Of a stretch of 64,000 nucleotides of DNA, positions 27,672 to 36,028 are shown piece by piece. Under the pieces are notes generated by a model. That model had not been told where the DNA came from. It was given only the letters and a program-made list of their open reading frames with translations, and made no database searches. Source of the stretch: Candidatus Poriferihabitaceae bacterium. Lineage in GTDB: Bacteria > Pseudomonadota > Gammaproteobacteria > Arenicellales > Poriferihabitantaceae. The DNA is taken from assembly GCA_965214625.1 (NCBI GenBank), contig OZ243962.1, forward strand, positions 2,413,278-2,477,277, read 5' to 3'. Each line of letters starts with the position of its first letter. Positions within the stretch are counted from its first letter, which is position 1. Made by a program: the position numbers and the translations under genes.

Positions 27672-28711
27672 CGTCGCGGTAGTTGGGGGCGTCGGAAAGC
27701 GGTACGCCGCTTCAGAATGATTTCCCTTCTGAGGATATAGAAATTGCTCGAGACCAATAACATGATCCCAATGATGCTCTGTGGGGCTGGAAATTCCATG
27801 AAAACCAGGTAGCCAAAGACAATTCCCCACAAAAGATAGGTGTATTCAAACGGGGCAATACTGCTGAATTCAGCCACCATGTAAGCCCGAATCAGGCAGT
27901 AAAAGCCGACGGCGGCAATCCCGCCCAACAGGATCATCAGCCACAGATGTGTCTGGGAGGGGAGCCTCCATGCCCTGAGCAAGAACTGGTACGAAGGGTC
28001 CGACGGTTGGGCACCCGAGGTAATGAAGTAAACCAGTGCACTGCAGAACATGCTGAGCACGAGGAATACCAGCATCGTGTAAAAAGCGGATGTGCCTGCT
28101 GAATCCCGAGGATCAATGTACCGTGTTAACAGCGTCGAGAAGGCGTAGGTAAAGGCAGCCATGAGGGCCAGTATAACGGCTGGATTATTGAAATGCCCTT
28201 GCGGACCGACAATCATGACGATGGACAGGAAGCCCAGACCGATTGCACTCCACCGATGGATACCGACTTTCTCGCGGAAGAGGACTGCAGACAGTGCGGT
28301 CACAATGACGGGCGCCAGAAAGGTGATGGTTGCCGTCTCCGCAAGAGGCAGGGATGCCATCGCAAGGTAATAGCATAGATAGGACAGAAACCCGAGCGTG
28401 GCTTTTGCCATAACCGGCCATTTGCGATGCAGTCTGAGCGAGGCCGGTCTGCCCGGGACAAGCAGAACAAGCAGAATGATGACAAGGCCGGCACAACTTC
28501 GGGTAAAGACAATCTGTAGTACCGGGTAGGTGTCGCTGAATGATTTGATAATGACATCCTGTATCGAAAAGAGAAACAGGCCTGCGGTGATGCATGAAAT
28601 ACCTGTAAAGGTATTGTCGGAGAACGGTGACAGGGAGGAGGTCCGCAACGTCATTGAAAGCCCGCTGCGAGCAAATACATCGGGCGGGTGATGCTGCGCA
28701 TGGTCATACAC
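27668..28711 (-). CDS. EamA/DMT-family transporter
   Basis: 347-aa polytopic ORF (about 10 TM). GTG start at 28711, preceded by GAGGAGG. Translationally coupled to the ROK kinase gene. Confidence 0.72.
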   Translation of the reverse strand: MYDHAQHHPPDVFARSGLSMTLRTSSLSPFSDNTFTGISCITAGLFLFSIQDVIIKSFSDTYPVLQIVFTRSCAGLVIILLVLLVPGRPASLRLHRKWPVMAKATLGFLSYLCYYLAMASLPLAETATITFLAPVIVTALSAVLFREKVGIHRWSAIGLGFLSIVMIVGPQGHFNNPAVILALMAAFTYAFSTLLTRYIDPRDSAGTSAFYTMLVFLVLSMFCSALVYFITSGAQPSDPSYQFLLRAWRLPSQTHLWLMILLGGIAAVGFYCLIRAYMVAEFSSIAPFEYTYLLWGIVFGYLVFMEFPAPQSIIGIMLLVSSNFYILRREIILKRRTAFRRPQLPRR

Positions 28712-29142
28712 AATCCTCCTCAGGCAATGTGTCTAACGAACAAACTTGACTGAGCGCATAACTTAACGCCCTTTTTCTCCGTTTTGCAAGTGGTTGCGGC
28801 CACTTTTTAGTCAATATCTTGAATTCGGTGCGGGCCCAGCAGGTCAACCGGACCGCCATACAGACAACCGGGTGACCCATGAAACCGGACAACCTTTCCG
28901 GGCCTTTCGGACGGTTGGATCGGGGGATGTGATTGTTGTTCCCGGCAGGCGATCCGTGGTTTTTCATCGGCCATGAATCAGGATACAAGGATCCGGCAAA
29001 TCTGTCGTATACTCGCCGTGGAATGACGCATATAAGAAATATTATGCTACGGCATAATAAATCTGATGTGCAAATGTGGCATGCTATTTTATAAAATCAA
29101 CCTGTTTGGTCTGTTGAGATTACTATTTTCCTGGAGCCGAGA

Positions 29143-30405
29143 ATGTTAAAGAAGAACGAAAGTGTTGCCGAGTTTGATCCCGAGTTGTGGGCGTCAATTG
29201 TGGATGAGGAGAATCGGCAGGAAGAACATGTTGAACTGATTGCTTCAGAAAACTTCACCAGCCCGAGGGTACTGGCTCTTCAGGGGTCGGTGCTCACCAA
29301 CAAGTATGCCGAAGGGTATCCGGACAAGCGGTATTACGGGGGCTGTGAACACGTTGATGTCGGGGAGAAACTGGCGATTGAACGGGCCAAGACGCTGTTT
29401 GATGCCGCTTATGCGAATGTTCAGCCACATTCCGGTTCCTCGGCCAATTTGGCAGTGTACATGGCCTTGGTGGACCCCGGGGATACCATATTGGGAATGA
29501 GTCTGGCGCACGGCGGGCATTTGACGCACGGCGCATCGGTCAACTTTTCGGGAAAGCTTTATAATGCAGTACAGTACGGACTGAATGAAGACACCGGTGA
29601 AGTCGACTACGAGGCAGTTGAGGCATTGGCCAACGAGCACCGTCCGAAGATGATTGTCGCTGGATTCTCAGCCTACTCCCGCATCATGGATTGGCAACGC
29701 TTTCGAGCGATTGCCGATAGTGTGGGCGCCTACCTGTTTGTCGATATGGCCCATGTTGCGGGATTGGTTGCGGCCGGCCTTTACCCCAACCCGACACCGA
29801 TCGCTGATGTCTGCACGACGACCACCCACAAAACACTTCGGGGGCCACGTGGCGGGATGATCCTGGCAAGAGAAAACGAGGCGGTGACGAAAAAGCTCAA
29901 TTCGCTCGTTTTCCCCGGTTCCCAGGGCGGCCCGCTGATGCATGTCATCGCCGCCAAGGCGGTCGCGTTTAAAGAAGCCATGGACCCGTCATTCAAAAAT
30001 TACCAGCAACAGGTTCTCGATAATGCCAAAGCGATGGCGGCGGTGTTTTTGAGACGCGGTTTTAAAATCGTGTCCGGCGGGACCGACAGTCACCTGTTCT
30101 TGCTGGACTTGATTGATAAGGATATCACGGGGAAAGAGGCCGACCGGGCGCTGGGTCTTGCCAATATCACGGTGAATAAAAATGCGGTACCGAATGATCC
30201 GCGGTCCCCCTTTGTCACGAGCGGGCTTCGTATTGGTACCCCCGCCATGACGACTAGAGGGTTTGGGGTTGATGAATCCAGGGAATTGACGGGCTGGATA
30301 TGTGATGTGTTGGAAAATATCAATGATGGGGAAGTGATTGCGTCCGTTCGACAAAAGGTGATTGCCCTTTGCAGGCAATTTCCACTGTATAGGGATATTG
30401 GTTGA
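29143..30405 (+). CDS. glyA: Serine hydroxymethyltransferase
   Basis: 420-aa [28 protein letters not shown] and [14 protein letters not shown] (PLP lysine) motifs. Confidence 0.97.
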   Translation: MLKKNESVAEFDPELWASIVDEENRQEEHVELIASENFTSPRVLALQGSVLTNKYAEGYPDKRYYGGCEHVDVGEKLAIERAKTLFDAAYANVQPHSGSSANLAVYMALVDPGDTILGMSLAHGGHLTHGASVNFSGKLYNAVQYGLNEDTGEVDYEAVEALANEHRPKMIVAGFSAYSRIMDWQRFRAIADSVGAYLFVDMAHVAGLVAAGLYPNPTPIADVCTTTTHKTLRGPRGGMILARENEAVTKKLNSLVFPGSQGGPLMHVIAAKAVAFKEAMDPSFKNYQQQVLDNAKAMAAVFLRRGFKIVSGGTDSHLFLLDLIDKDITGKEADRALGLANITVNKNAVPNDPRSPFVTSGLRIGTPAMTTRGFGVDESRELTGWICDVLENINDGEVIASVRQKVIALCRQFPLYRDIG

Positions 30406-30855
30406 CCGGTGAGATTGGATGCGATGCGGGAAGGTCGTACAGTATGGCGCAGGATCCCACGACTTGGCCGGTTCGTGCGCTTTGGTCCTAACTGACCGGG
30501 TTGGTCAGGCCATGTTGTCCTGACACGACTGACACGGACCGCGCGCAGTACCGCAGTGCCTAAAGGATCGATGTCGGTACTAATGCGCCTGTTATGCGCA
30601 ATGAAGGATAGAACGCTTCATGATCGCCCTCGATATCAACGAGGGCGGTGCCTTGCGCGACTGGGTTTTGAAATGTACCCGATGACGGTTGTCGGTGCCG
30701 ATTATCAAGCGCTGCGGTCAACCTGATTATGTAACGGGGGTGGCTTTGCGGCATCATGTGCTGAGCGATTGGAATGCCCGTGAGTTTCTGCATTGCGGAC
30801 AGGTCGAGGTCCGATTTTCGCTAGTGATCCTGTCGTTTGTCGCTATACTGTGACC

Positions 30856-31431
30856 ATGTTATTGGATTTTGAAATCTGTTATCAGGCAGTACAAAACCGG
30901 GATCGGCGATTCGATGGGCTTTTCTTTACCGGTGTGCGCAGTACCGGGATTTTCTGTCGACCGGTGTGTCCTGCCGTGACACCGAAACCCGAGCATTGCG
31001 CTTTCTATCCTTCTGCCATGGCCGCGCTGGATGCAGGTTTCAGGCCATGTCTCCGCTGCCGTCCCGAAACGGTGCCCTACAGTCCTGCCTGGAACGGTGT
31101 CAAGACGACGGTTACACGGGCCCTGAAGTTGATTGATCAGGGTGCCTTGGATGAACAGACAATGGAACAGTTTGCAGAACGACTGGGTATCAGTGCCCGT
31201 TACTTGAGAAAGCTGTTTGCAAAACATGTCGGTGTCAGCCCAACGTCGATGGCCCGGTCAAGGAGAATCCTGTTAGCGAAACGGCTGATTACCGATAGTG
31301 ACAAACCGATGACAGAAATCGTTCACTTGGCCGGGTTTCACAGTATTCGCCAATTCAACGATACCTTTCGCAAGTTATACGGAACGACGCCGAGTTCTTT
31401 AAGAAAGACACCGTCAATAACCGAGCAATGA
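30856..31431 (+). CDS. Ada N-terminal-type regulator (Zn methylphosphotriester acceptor domain plus AraC HTH), AdaA-like
   Basis: ORF 30793..31431. ATG at 30856 gives MLLDFEICYQAVQNRDRRFDGLFFTGVRSTGIFCRPVCPA...RPCLRCRP (Cys4 Ada Zn motif), followed by an AraC-type HTH (SARYLRKLFAKHVGVSP...HSIRQFNDTFRKLYG). Confidence 0.8.
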   Translation: MLLDFEICYQAVQNRDRRFDGLFFTGVRSTGIFCRPVCPAVTPKPEHCAFYPSAMAALDAGFRPCLRCRPETVPYSPAWNGVKTTVTRALKLIDQGALDEQTMEQFAERLGISARYLRKLFAKHVGVSPTSMARSRRILLAKRLITDSDKPMTEIVHLAGFHSIRQFNDTFRKLYGTTPSSLRKTPSITEQ

Positions 31432-31438
31432 GTCACCC

Positions 31439-31942
31439 ATGAAACGATTGAAATCCGACCTGTACCACAGTGAGATTGGCGACATTGTGATTTTGGGAAC
31501 CGAAAAGCAACTTTGTTATCTCGACTTCTCGGAGAACAGTGATCGACTGGACCGACTTCTGACTACACGATATGGGGGTTACACCTGTGAAAATGAGCCG
31601 AATCTGCTTGGCATGCAAGACAGGCTGGACCGTTACTTTAACCATGATTTCCATGCATTCGAGGGTGTCCGGATCGAAACGGACGGGACGGATTTCCAGC
31701 GCCGGGTGTGGCGCGAGTTGCAAACGATTCCGGTTGGGCAGACGATCTCCTACCATCAACTGGCAACATCCATTGAGCAACCCACGGCGATTCGTGCAGC
31801 GGCCAGTGCCAATGCAAAAAACCCCGTTTCGATTGTCATTCCCTGCCATCGGGTAATCGGCAAGAATGGGGAATTGAGAGGGTATGCGGGCGGTGAGCAT
31901 AGAAAGGCCTGGCTGCTGTCGCACGAAGGGGCGATAGAGTAG
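31439..31942 (+). CDS. ogt: Methylated-DNA--protein-cysteine methyltransferase
   Basis: 167-aa ORF with the active site IVIPCHRVIGKNGELRGYAGG. 7 nt downstream of the AdaA-like gene. Confidence 0.9.
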   Translation: MKRLKSDLYHSEIGDIVILGTEKQLCYLDFSENSDRLDRLLTTRYGGYTCENEPNLLGMQDRLDRYFNHDFHAFEGVRIETDGTDFQRRVWRELQTIPVGQTISYHQLATSIEQPTAIRAAASANAKNPVSIVIPCHRVIGKNGELRGYAGGEHRKAWLLSHEGAIE

Positions 31943-31982
31943 CGGTTGGATTTGGTATATCAAGGAAACTTGCGTCGGACAT

Positions 31983-32232
31983 GTAGCGGAAGAAGGATCG
32001 TCATTCACGCTTGACGATCAATTGCATCAGACACTGAAGGAAACCGCAGTATGCCAGCGACGTTCGATTGGCTCGATTATTGAAGAAAGCCTTCGCCTGC
32101 GTGGTATACGCACCTATGAAAGCATCCGGGAAATCGTCAGTAGGGCACGGGGTATCTGGGTTGGAACAAAACGAAGCGCAGGCGCTGGCGGTTCGAGAAA
32201 CCCGGCAGTTACGTCAGGGAAAGAACACCTGA
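31983..32232 (+). pseudogene. Ribbon-helix-helix antitoxin remnant (frameshifted, no ATG)
   Basis: Frame 1 reads ..SSFTLDDQLHQTLKETAVCQRRSIGSIIEESLRLRGI..IVSRARGI. The expected tail GLEQNEAQALAVRETRQLRQGKNT-stop (ends 32232) is in the +1 frame. No in-frame ATG or GTG precedes the conserved part. Confidence 0.6.
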
Positions 32233-32611
32233 GCCCGTTTCCTCCAGCGCGATGCCCCCAAGTCAGCGGTCATTGATACGAATGTCGTTGTTTCCGGACT
32301 GATCACGGACGATGACAGTCCTACCGTATGGATTCTCAACAGTATGCTCAAGGGTGAATTCCCGTTTTAGATATCCAAGGAACGGATGAAAATATCGATA
32401 CACTGCTTTCCGAGATTGTAGTGAATGCCATGTGGCGTGAACCGGAATCAACCCAAGTCGCCCCCGATTCCGGTGACAACCACCTCTGGCATCTATTGGC
32501 TTCACAATCTGAAAGTCTCCTTGTGACCGACGACAAGCGATTGCTGAGAAGCCCCCAGTGGTGCATTCAGTGGTTTCGCCGAGGTACTTTGTCGAATTGT
32601 TTGTTTCCTGA
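32233..32611 (+). pseudogene. PIN-domain toxin remnant (two frameshifts)
   Basis: Segment 1 reads AVIDTNVVVSGLITDDDSPTVWILNSMLKGEFPF and stops at TAG 32368 in a T-run. Segment 2, in another frame, reads LDIQGTDENIDTLLSEIV...APDSGDNHLWHLLASQSESLLVTDDKRLL. Segment 3, in the third frame, reads VVSPRYFVELFVS-stop (32611). Together these follow the TIGR00305-like PIN pattern. Confidence 0.65.
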
Positions 32612-32897
32612 CAGAATTTGCCGCCGACAGGGAGTGCACCCGCTATTGGTCACCGTCCGAGCAAGACGGGCAGTCAGCGCCTCTGTCACAAAATCAATGA
32701 ATACAAGGGCGGCGATTTCGGCCGCATGACGCTTCCGTCTATGTCAGCTCGCACGTTTCCGTAGTGCGGGAGAGCCGAGAGACCAATGCACAACGCCATG
32801 ACTACGAAAGGACACGCAGCGAGTTGCAATTCGTCCGACTGTTCTAAAGCACGCCATGCTGTTGATCGTATCAGACTTGGGCACCTATCCGGGATGA

Positions 32898-32984
32898 TGG
32901 TACCGAGGAAAGGACTTGAACCTTCACGGGCTAATGCCCACTAGCACCTGAAGCTAGCGCGTCTACCAATTCCGCCACCTCGGC
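32898..32984 (-). tRNA. tRNA-Leu (anticodon CAG)
   Basis: 87 nt: GCCGAGGTGGCGGAATTGGTAGACGCGCTAGCTTCAGGTGCTAGTGGGCATTAGCCCGTGAAGGTTCAAGTCCTTTCCTCGGTACCA. Cloverleaf with a long variable arm, anticodon loop TTCAGGT, and an encoded CCA. Confidence 0.95.
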
Positions 32985-33001
32985 ACAGAACAGGGAGCCA
33001 G

Positions 33002-33030
33002 ACTCTACAGATTGTTTGATTTATTGTCAA
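33002..33030 (-). promoter_or_regulatory. Candidate sigma70 promoter for tRNA-Leu (TTGACA-17 nt-TAGAGT)
   Basis: On the minus strand, TTGACA at 33030-33025 and TAGAGT at 33007-33002 with a 17-nt spacer. The -10 ends 17 nt before the mature tRNA 5' end. Confidence 0.5.
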
Positions 33031-33062
33031 TTCGAGCGTAGCCGCCCGGAACGACCCCATAG

Positions 33063-33377
33063 TCAGTAATAACGTTGGTCGATGAATGGGGTGTCTGTTG
33101 GCCGGGTATCCGGGTCGTTCAAGACCCAGATACGGGACCAATGGATCGGTTGAACCCGGGAGTGACCAATCCGACGGTCATCGGCAGATTCTTCATCGGG
33201 TTTTTGACCCGAACGTCCGGGTCCAGGGCGGTAAAGCGGGGTGACGTGTTCGTCATGGCGAATATCGAGATATCTATCAATCGGTTTCTTGTCATTCGCT
33301 ATATAATTCAACTTTGAAATTGGGTATTCTCGGCAGGTTTTAAAAGTACACTGAGACTGTAGTATGTCCACTGCCAA
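33063..33377 (-). CDS. Hypothetical protein (start uncertain)
   Basis: 104-aa ORF. The 3' two thirds show coding-like codon usage (..DEHVTPLYRPGPGRSGQKPDEESADDRRIGHSRVQPIHWSRIWVLNDPDTRP..). The 5' third is A/T-rich and overlaps the prfB start divergently, so the true start may be internal (for example a TTG). No family recognised. Confidence 0.3.
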   Translation of the reverse strand: MAVDILQSQCTFKTCREYPISKLNYIANDKKPIDRYLDIRHDEHVTPLYRPGPGRSGQKPDEESADDRRIGHSRVQPIHWSRIWVLNDPDTRPTDTPFIDQRYY

Positions 33378-34462
33378 TGAATTGCTGGAATCGTTGAACG
33401 AGGCTGAACGACGTGTTCATGCGTTAAGGGGGTATCTTTGACTATGAACAAAAAAAGGAGCGTCTTGAAGAGGTCAACTTAAGACTTGAAGCACCCACGA
33501 TCTGGGATAACCCGCAAGAGGCCCAGGCCCTCGGCCAGGAACGGTCTCGACTCCAGGAATTTGTGGAGGGCTTGGACGGATTGTCCAAAGATATCAAGGA
33601 CAGTCAGGAATTACTGGAACTGACTCAAATCGAGGAGGATATCGAGATCCTCAGTGAGATCGAACAAGAGGTGGGGCGCCTTTTACCCCGATTGGAAAAA
33701 ATCGAGTTTCGCCGAATGTTCAGCCAGGAGGCGGATGCCAATAATGCCTTTGTTGATATTCAGGCAGGATCCGGAGGAACCGAAGCACAGGATTGGGCAG
33801 AAATGCTGTTGCGCATGTATTTGAGATGGGGAGAGCGCCAGGGGTACGGGTTGGACGTCGTGGAAAGATCGCCCGGTGATGTGGCCGGGATTAAAAGTGC
33901 AACCGTCAAGGTCATTGGCGAGTATGCCTATGGCTACCTTCGTACTGAGACTGGAGTACATCGACTGGTCAGGAAAAGTCCGTTTGATTCCGGCAATCGT
34001 CGACATACCTCTTTCGCTTCAGTGTATGCCTATCCGGAAATCGACGATAGCTTCGAGATTGATATCAATCCGGCGGAGCTTAGAGTGGATACCTATCGTG
34101 CAAGTGGCGCGGGGGGGCAGCACGTTAACCGGACCGATTCAGCCGTACGGATTACCCATTTGCCGAGTGGCATTGTGGTGCAATGCCAAAATGACCGATC
34201 CCAGCATCGCAATCGGGCTGAAGCGATGTCGGTGCTCAAAGCGCGACTCTATGAGGCCGAGATGCAAAGGCGCCGGAAGGCCCAGCAATCGGAAGAGGAC
34301 AACAAATCGGACATCGGTTGGGGAAGTCAGATCCGTTCTTATGTGCTTGATCAGTCCAGAATCAAGGACCTACGAACCGGCGTGGAAACCGGCAATACCC
34401 AAGCGGTACTCGATGGATCGCTCAATCAGTTCATTGAAGCCAGCCTAAAGGCCGGACTTTAA
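33364..34462 (+). CDS. prfB: Peptide chain release factor 2 (requires a programmed +1 frameshift at 33439)
   Basis: Frame 0: ATG 33364 ... AGG GGG TAT CTT TGA (25 sense codons, stop at 33439-33441). The +1 frame from GAC 33440 continues [13 protein letters not shown]... into ORF 33563..34462, which carries the SPF and GGQ ([10 protein letters not shown]) motifs. Confidence 0.95.
33427..33441 (+). promoter_or_regulatory. RF2 autoregulatory +1 frameshift site AGGGGGTATCTTTGA(C)
   Basis: Internal SD-like AGGGGG, a 3-nt spacer, the slippery CTT, and the in-frame TGA followed by C. Identical to the canonical prfB recoding cassette. Confidence 0.95.
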
Positions 34463-34490
34463 CGGCAGCCCTGCAAAAACAGATAGTACC

Positions 34491-35984
34491 ATGTTGGATG
34501 AAAGCGAACAGATGCAGCAACGACGGGAAAAGCTGAAACAACTGCGAACCTCCGGGGTGCCTTTTCCGAATGATTTCAGGCGTGATGCGTTTGCGGGCGA
34601 CCTGGCAGACTGCTATGCCGATGCCCCGGAAAAGCTCGCTCAAGGTACGGTCAGGGTCAAGGTGGCGGGACGATTGATATCCCGTCGCGTGATGGGGAAG
34701 GCGAGCTTTGCGCATATCCGGGACATGACGGGCCAAATCCAGCTGTTCGTGCAGCGTGACCGCTTGCCCGAAGGCGTATATAACGAGCAATTCAAGAAAT
34801 TTGATATTGGCGATATCATCTGTGCCGAAGGCGAGTTGTTTCATACCAAAACCGGTGAACTCAGTATCAGGACGGATACGGTAAGGCTGCTCACCAAGTC
34901 GCTGCGGCCGCTGCCCGAGAAGTATCATGGACTGATCGATCCCGAGATCCGTTATCGGCAACGGTACGTTGACCTGATTGTCAATGAATCGACCCGACAG
35001 GTATTCAGGACCCGGGCAGCAATCATCCAGTATATTCGGTCATTTATGATCAAGCGGTTGTTTCTGGAAGTCGAGACACCGATGATGCATCCAATACCGG
35101 GCGGTGCACTGGCCCGCCCCTTTGCGACCTATCACAATGCGCTCGACATGCCGTTATTTTTGAGGGTGGCACCCGAACTGTATCTCAAGCGGTTGGTTGT
35201 GGGCGGTTTTGAAAGAGTCTTTGAAATCAACCGGAGTTTCAGGAATGAGGGCATCAGTACTCGCCACAATCCGGAGTTCACGATGCTCGAGTTCTATTGG
35301 GCCTATGCCGATTACCAGGACTTGATCGATTTGACCGAAAAACTGGTGCGGGGCTTGTTCCAAACAGTGCTGGGGACGCAAAAAATCAGTTATCAGGGGC
35401 AAGAGATTGATTTTTCCAAACCCTTCAAACGGTGGACATTGTTGGAGTCCATTGCCCATTTCTGTCCCGATATTGAGATTCGCGACCTGACTGACCTGAC
35501 CCGTGCCAGGGCATTGTGCGATCGACTGGATATTCCGGTTCAACGAGGAGATGGACTGGGAAAGCTGCAAATGGAATTGTTTGAAAAACAGGTGGAAGAC
35601 AAGCTGGTGGACCCGGTGTTCATTACCGCCTATCCGGTCGAAGTGTCTCCGTTGTCACGTCGCAATGATGCGGAACAGGACCTCAGTGATCGGTTTGAGT
35701 TGTTTGCCGGTCGAAGAGAGCTTGCCAATGGGTTTTCCGAGTTGAATGACCCGGAAGATCAGGCAGACCGGTTCAAAAAACAGGTGAAAGACAAGGAAGC
35801 CGGTGATGTTGAAGCGATGCATTACGATGCCGACTACATCCGTGCGCTGGAATACGGGATGCCACCCACAGCGGGGGAAGGTATTGGAATCGATCGCCTG
35901 GTCATGCTGATGACGGACAGTCCCTCTATTCGCGATGTGTTGCTGTTTCCGCATATGCGTCCGGAAACCACTCCCGAGCCGTAG
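34491..35984 (+). CDS. lysS: Lysine--tRNA ligase (class II)
   Basis: 497-aa ORF with class II motifs ([33 protein letters not shown]). prfB-lysS order as in E. coli. Confidence 0.97.
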   Translation: MLDESEQMQQRREKLKQLRTSGVPFPNDFRRDAFAGDLADCYADAPEKLAQGTVRVKVAGRLISRRVMGKASFAHIRDMTGQIQLFVQRDRLPEGVYNEQFKKFDIGDIICAEGELFHTKTGELSIRTDTVRLLTKSLRPLPEKYHGLIDPEIRYRQRYVDLIVNESTRQVFRTRAAIIQYIRSFMIKRLFLEVETPMMHPIPGGALARPFATYHNALDMPLFLRVAPELYLKRLVVGGFERVFEINRSFRNEGISTRHNPEFTMLEFYWAYADYQDLIDLTEKLVRGLFQTVLGTQKISYQGQEIDFSKPFKRWTLLESIAHFCPDIEIRDLTDLTRARALCDRLDIPVQRGDGLGKLQMELFEKQVEDKLVDPVFITAYPVEVSPLSRRNDAEQDLSDRFELFAGRRELANGFSELNDPEDQADRFKKQVKDKEAGDVEAMHYDADYIRALEYGMPPTAGEGIGIDRLVMLMTDSPSIRDVLLFPHMRPETTPEP

Positions 35985-36028
35985 TCGGTTGCAGGACACT
36001 TCATCCCGGTCGGTCGGTTGTAAGGCAG

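Noticed and set aside
28989-29142. Possible riboswitch (ZTP, THF or glycine class) in the glyA leader
   Set aside because: None of the conserved core sequences of these classes is visible. The region is simply A/T-rich promoter-like DNA.
30406-30855. 450-bp region after glyA with a 21-codon ORF starting MIALDINEGG, considered as a PIN/VapC remnant, plus a search for an Ada box
   Set aside because: The ORF stops after 21 codons, and neighbouring frames do not continue a PIN pattern. The only AAAGCGCA-like element (30467-30474, minus-strand orientation) is about 380 bp from the ada-like start.
31433-32008. 191-codon ORF antisense to ogt
   Set aside because: A shadow ORF opposite a gene with the diagnostic PCHRV active site.
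32700-32897. Minus-strand frame ..ALEQSDELQLAACPFVVMALCIGLSALPHYGNVRADIDGS.. next to the tRNA-Leu 3' end, considered as a tyrosine-integrase fragment
   Set aside because: It only loosely resembles the ..LLLLTGLR.sEl..LrW.DID.. segment. The catalytic Arg is not conserved, there is no start codon and no further integrase boxes. It would need a frameshift-aware database search to be believed.
33075-33317. 80-codon plus-strand ORF overlapping the hypothetical gene 33063-33377
   Set aside because: The opposite (minus) frame has the more coding-like third-position pattern, and this plus-strand frame has no recognisable motif. I kept only the minus-strand call, at low confidence.
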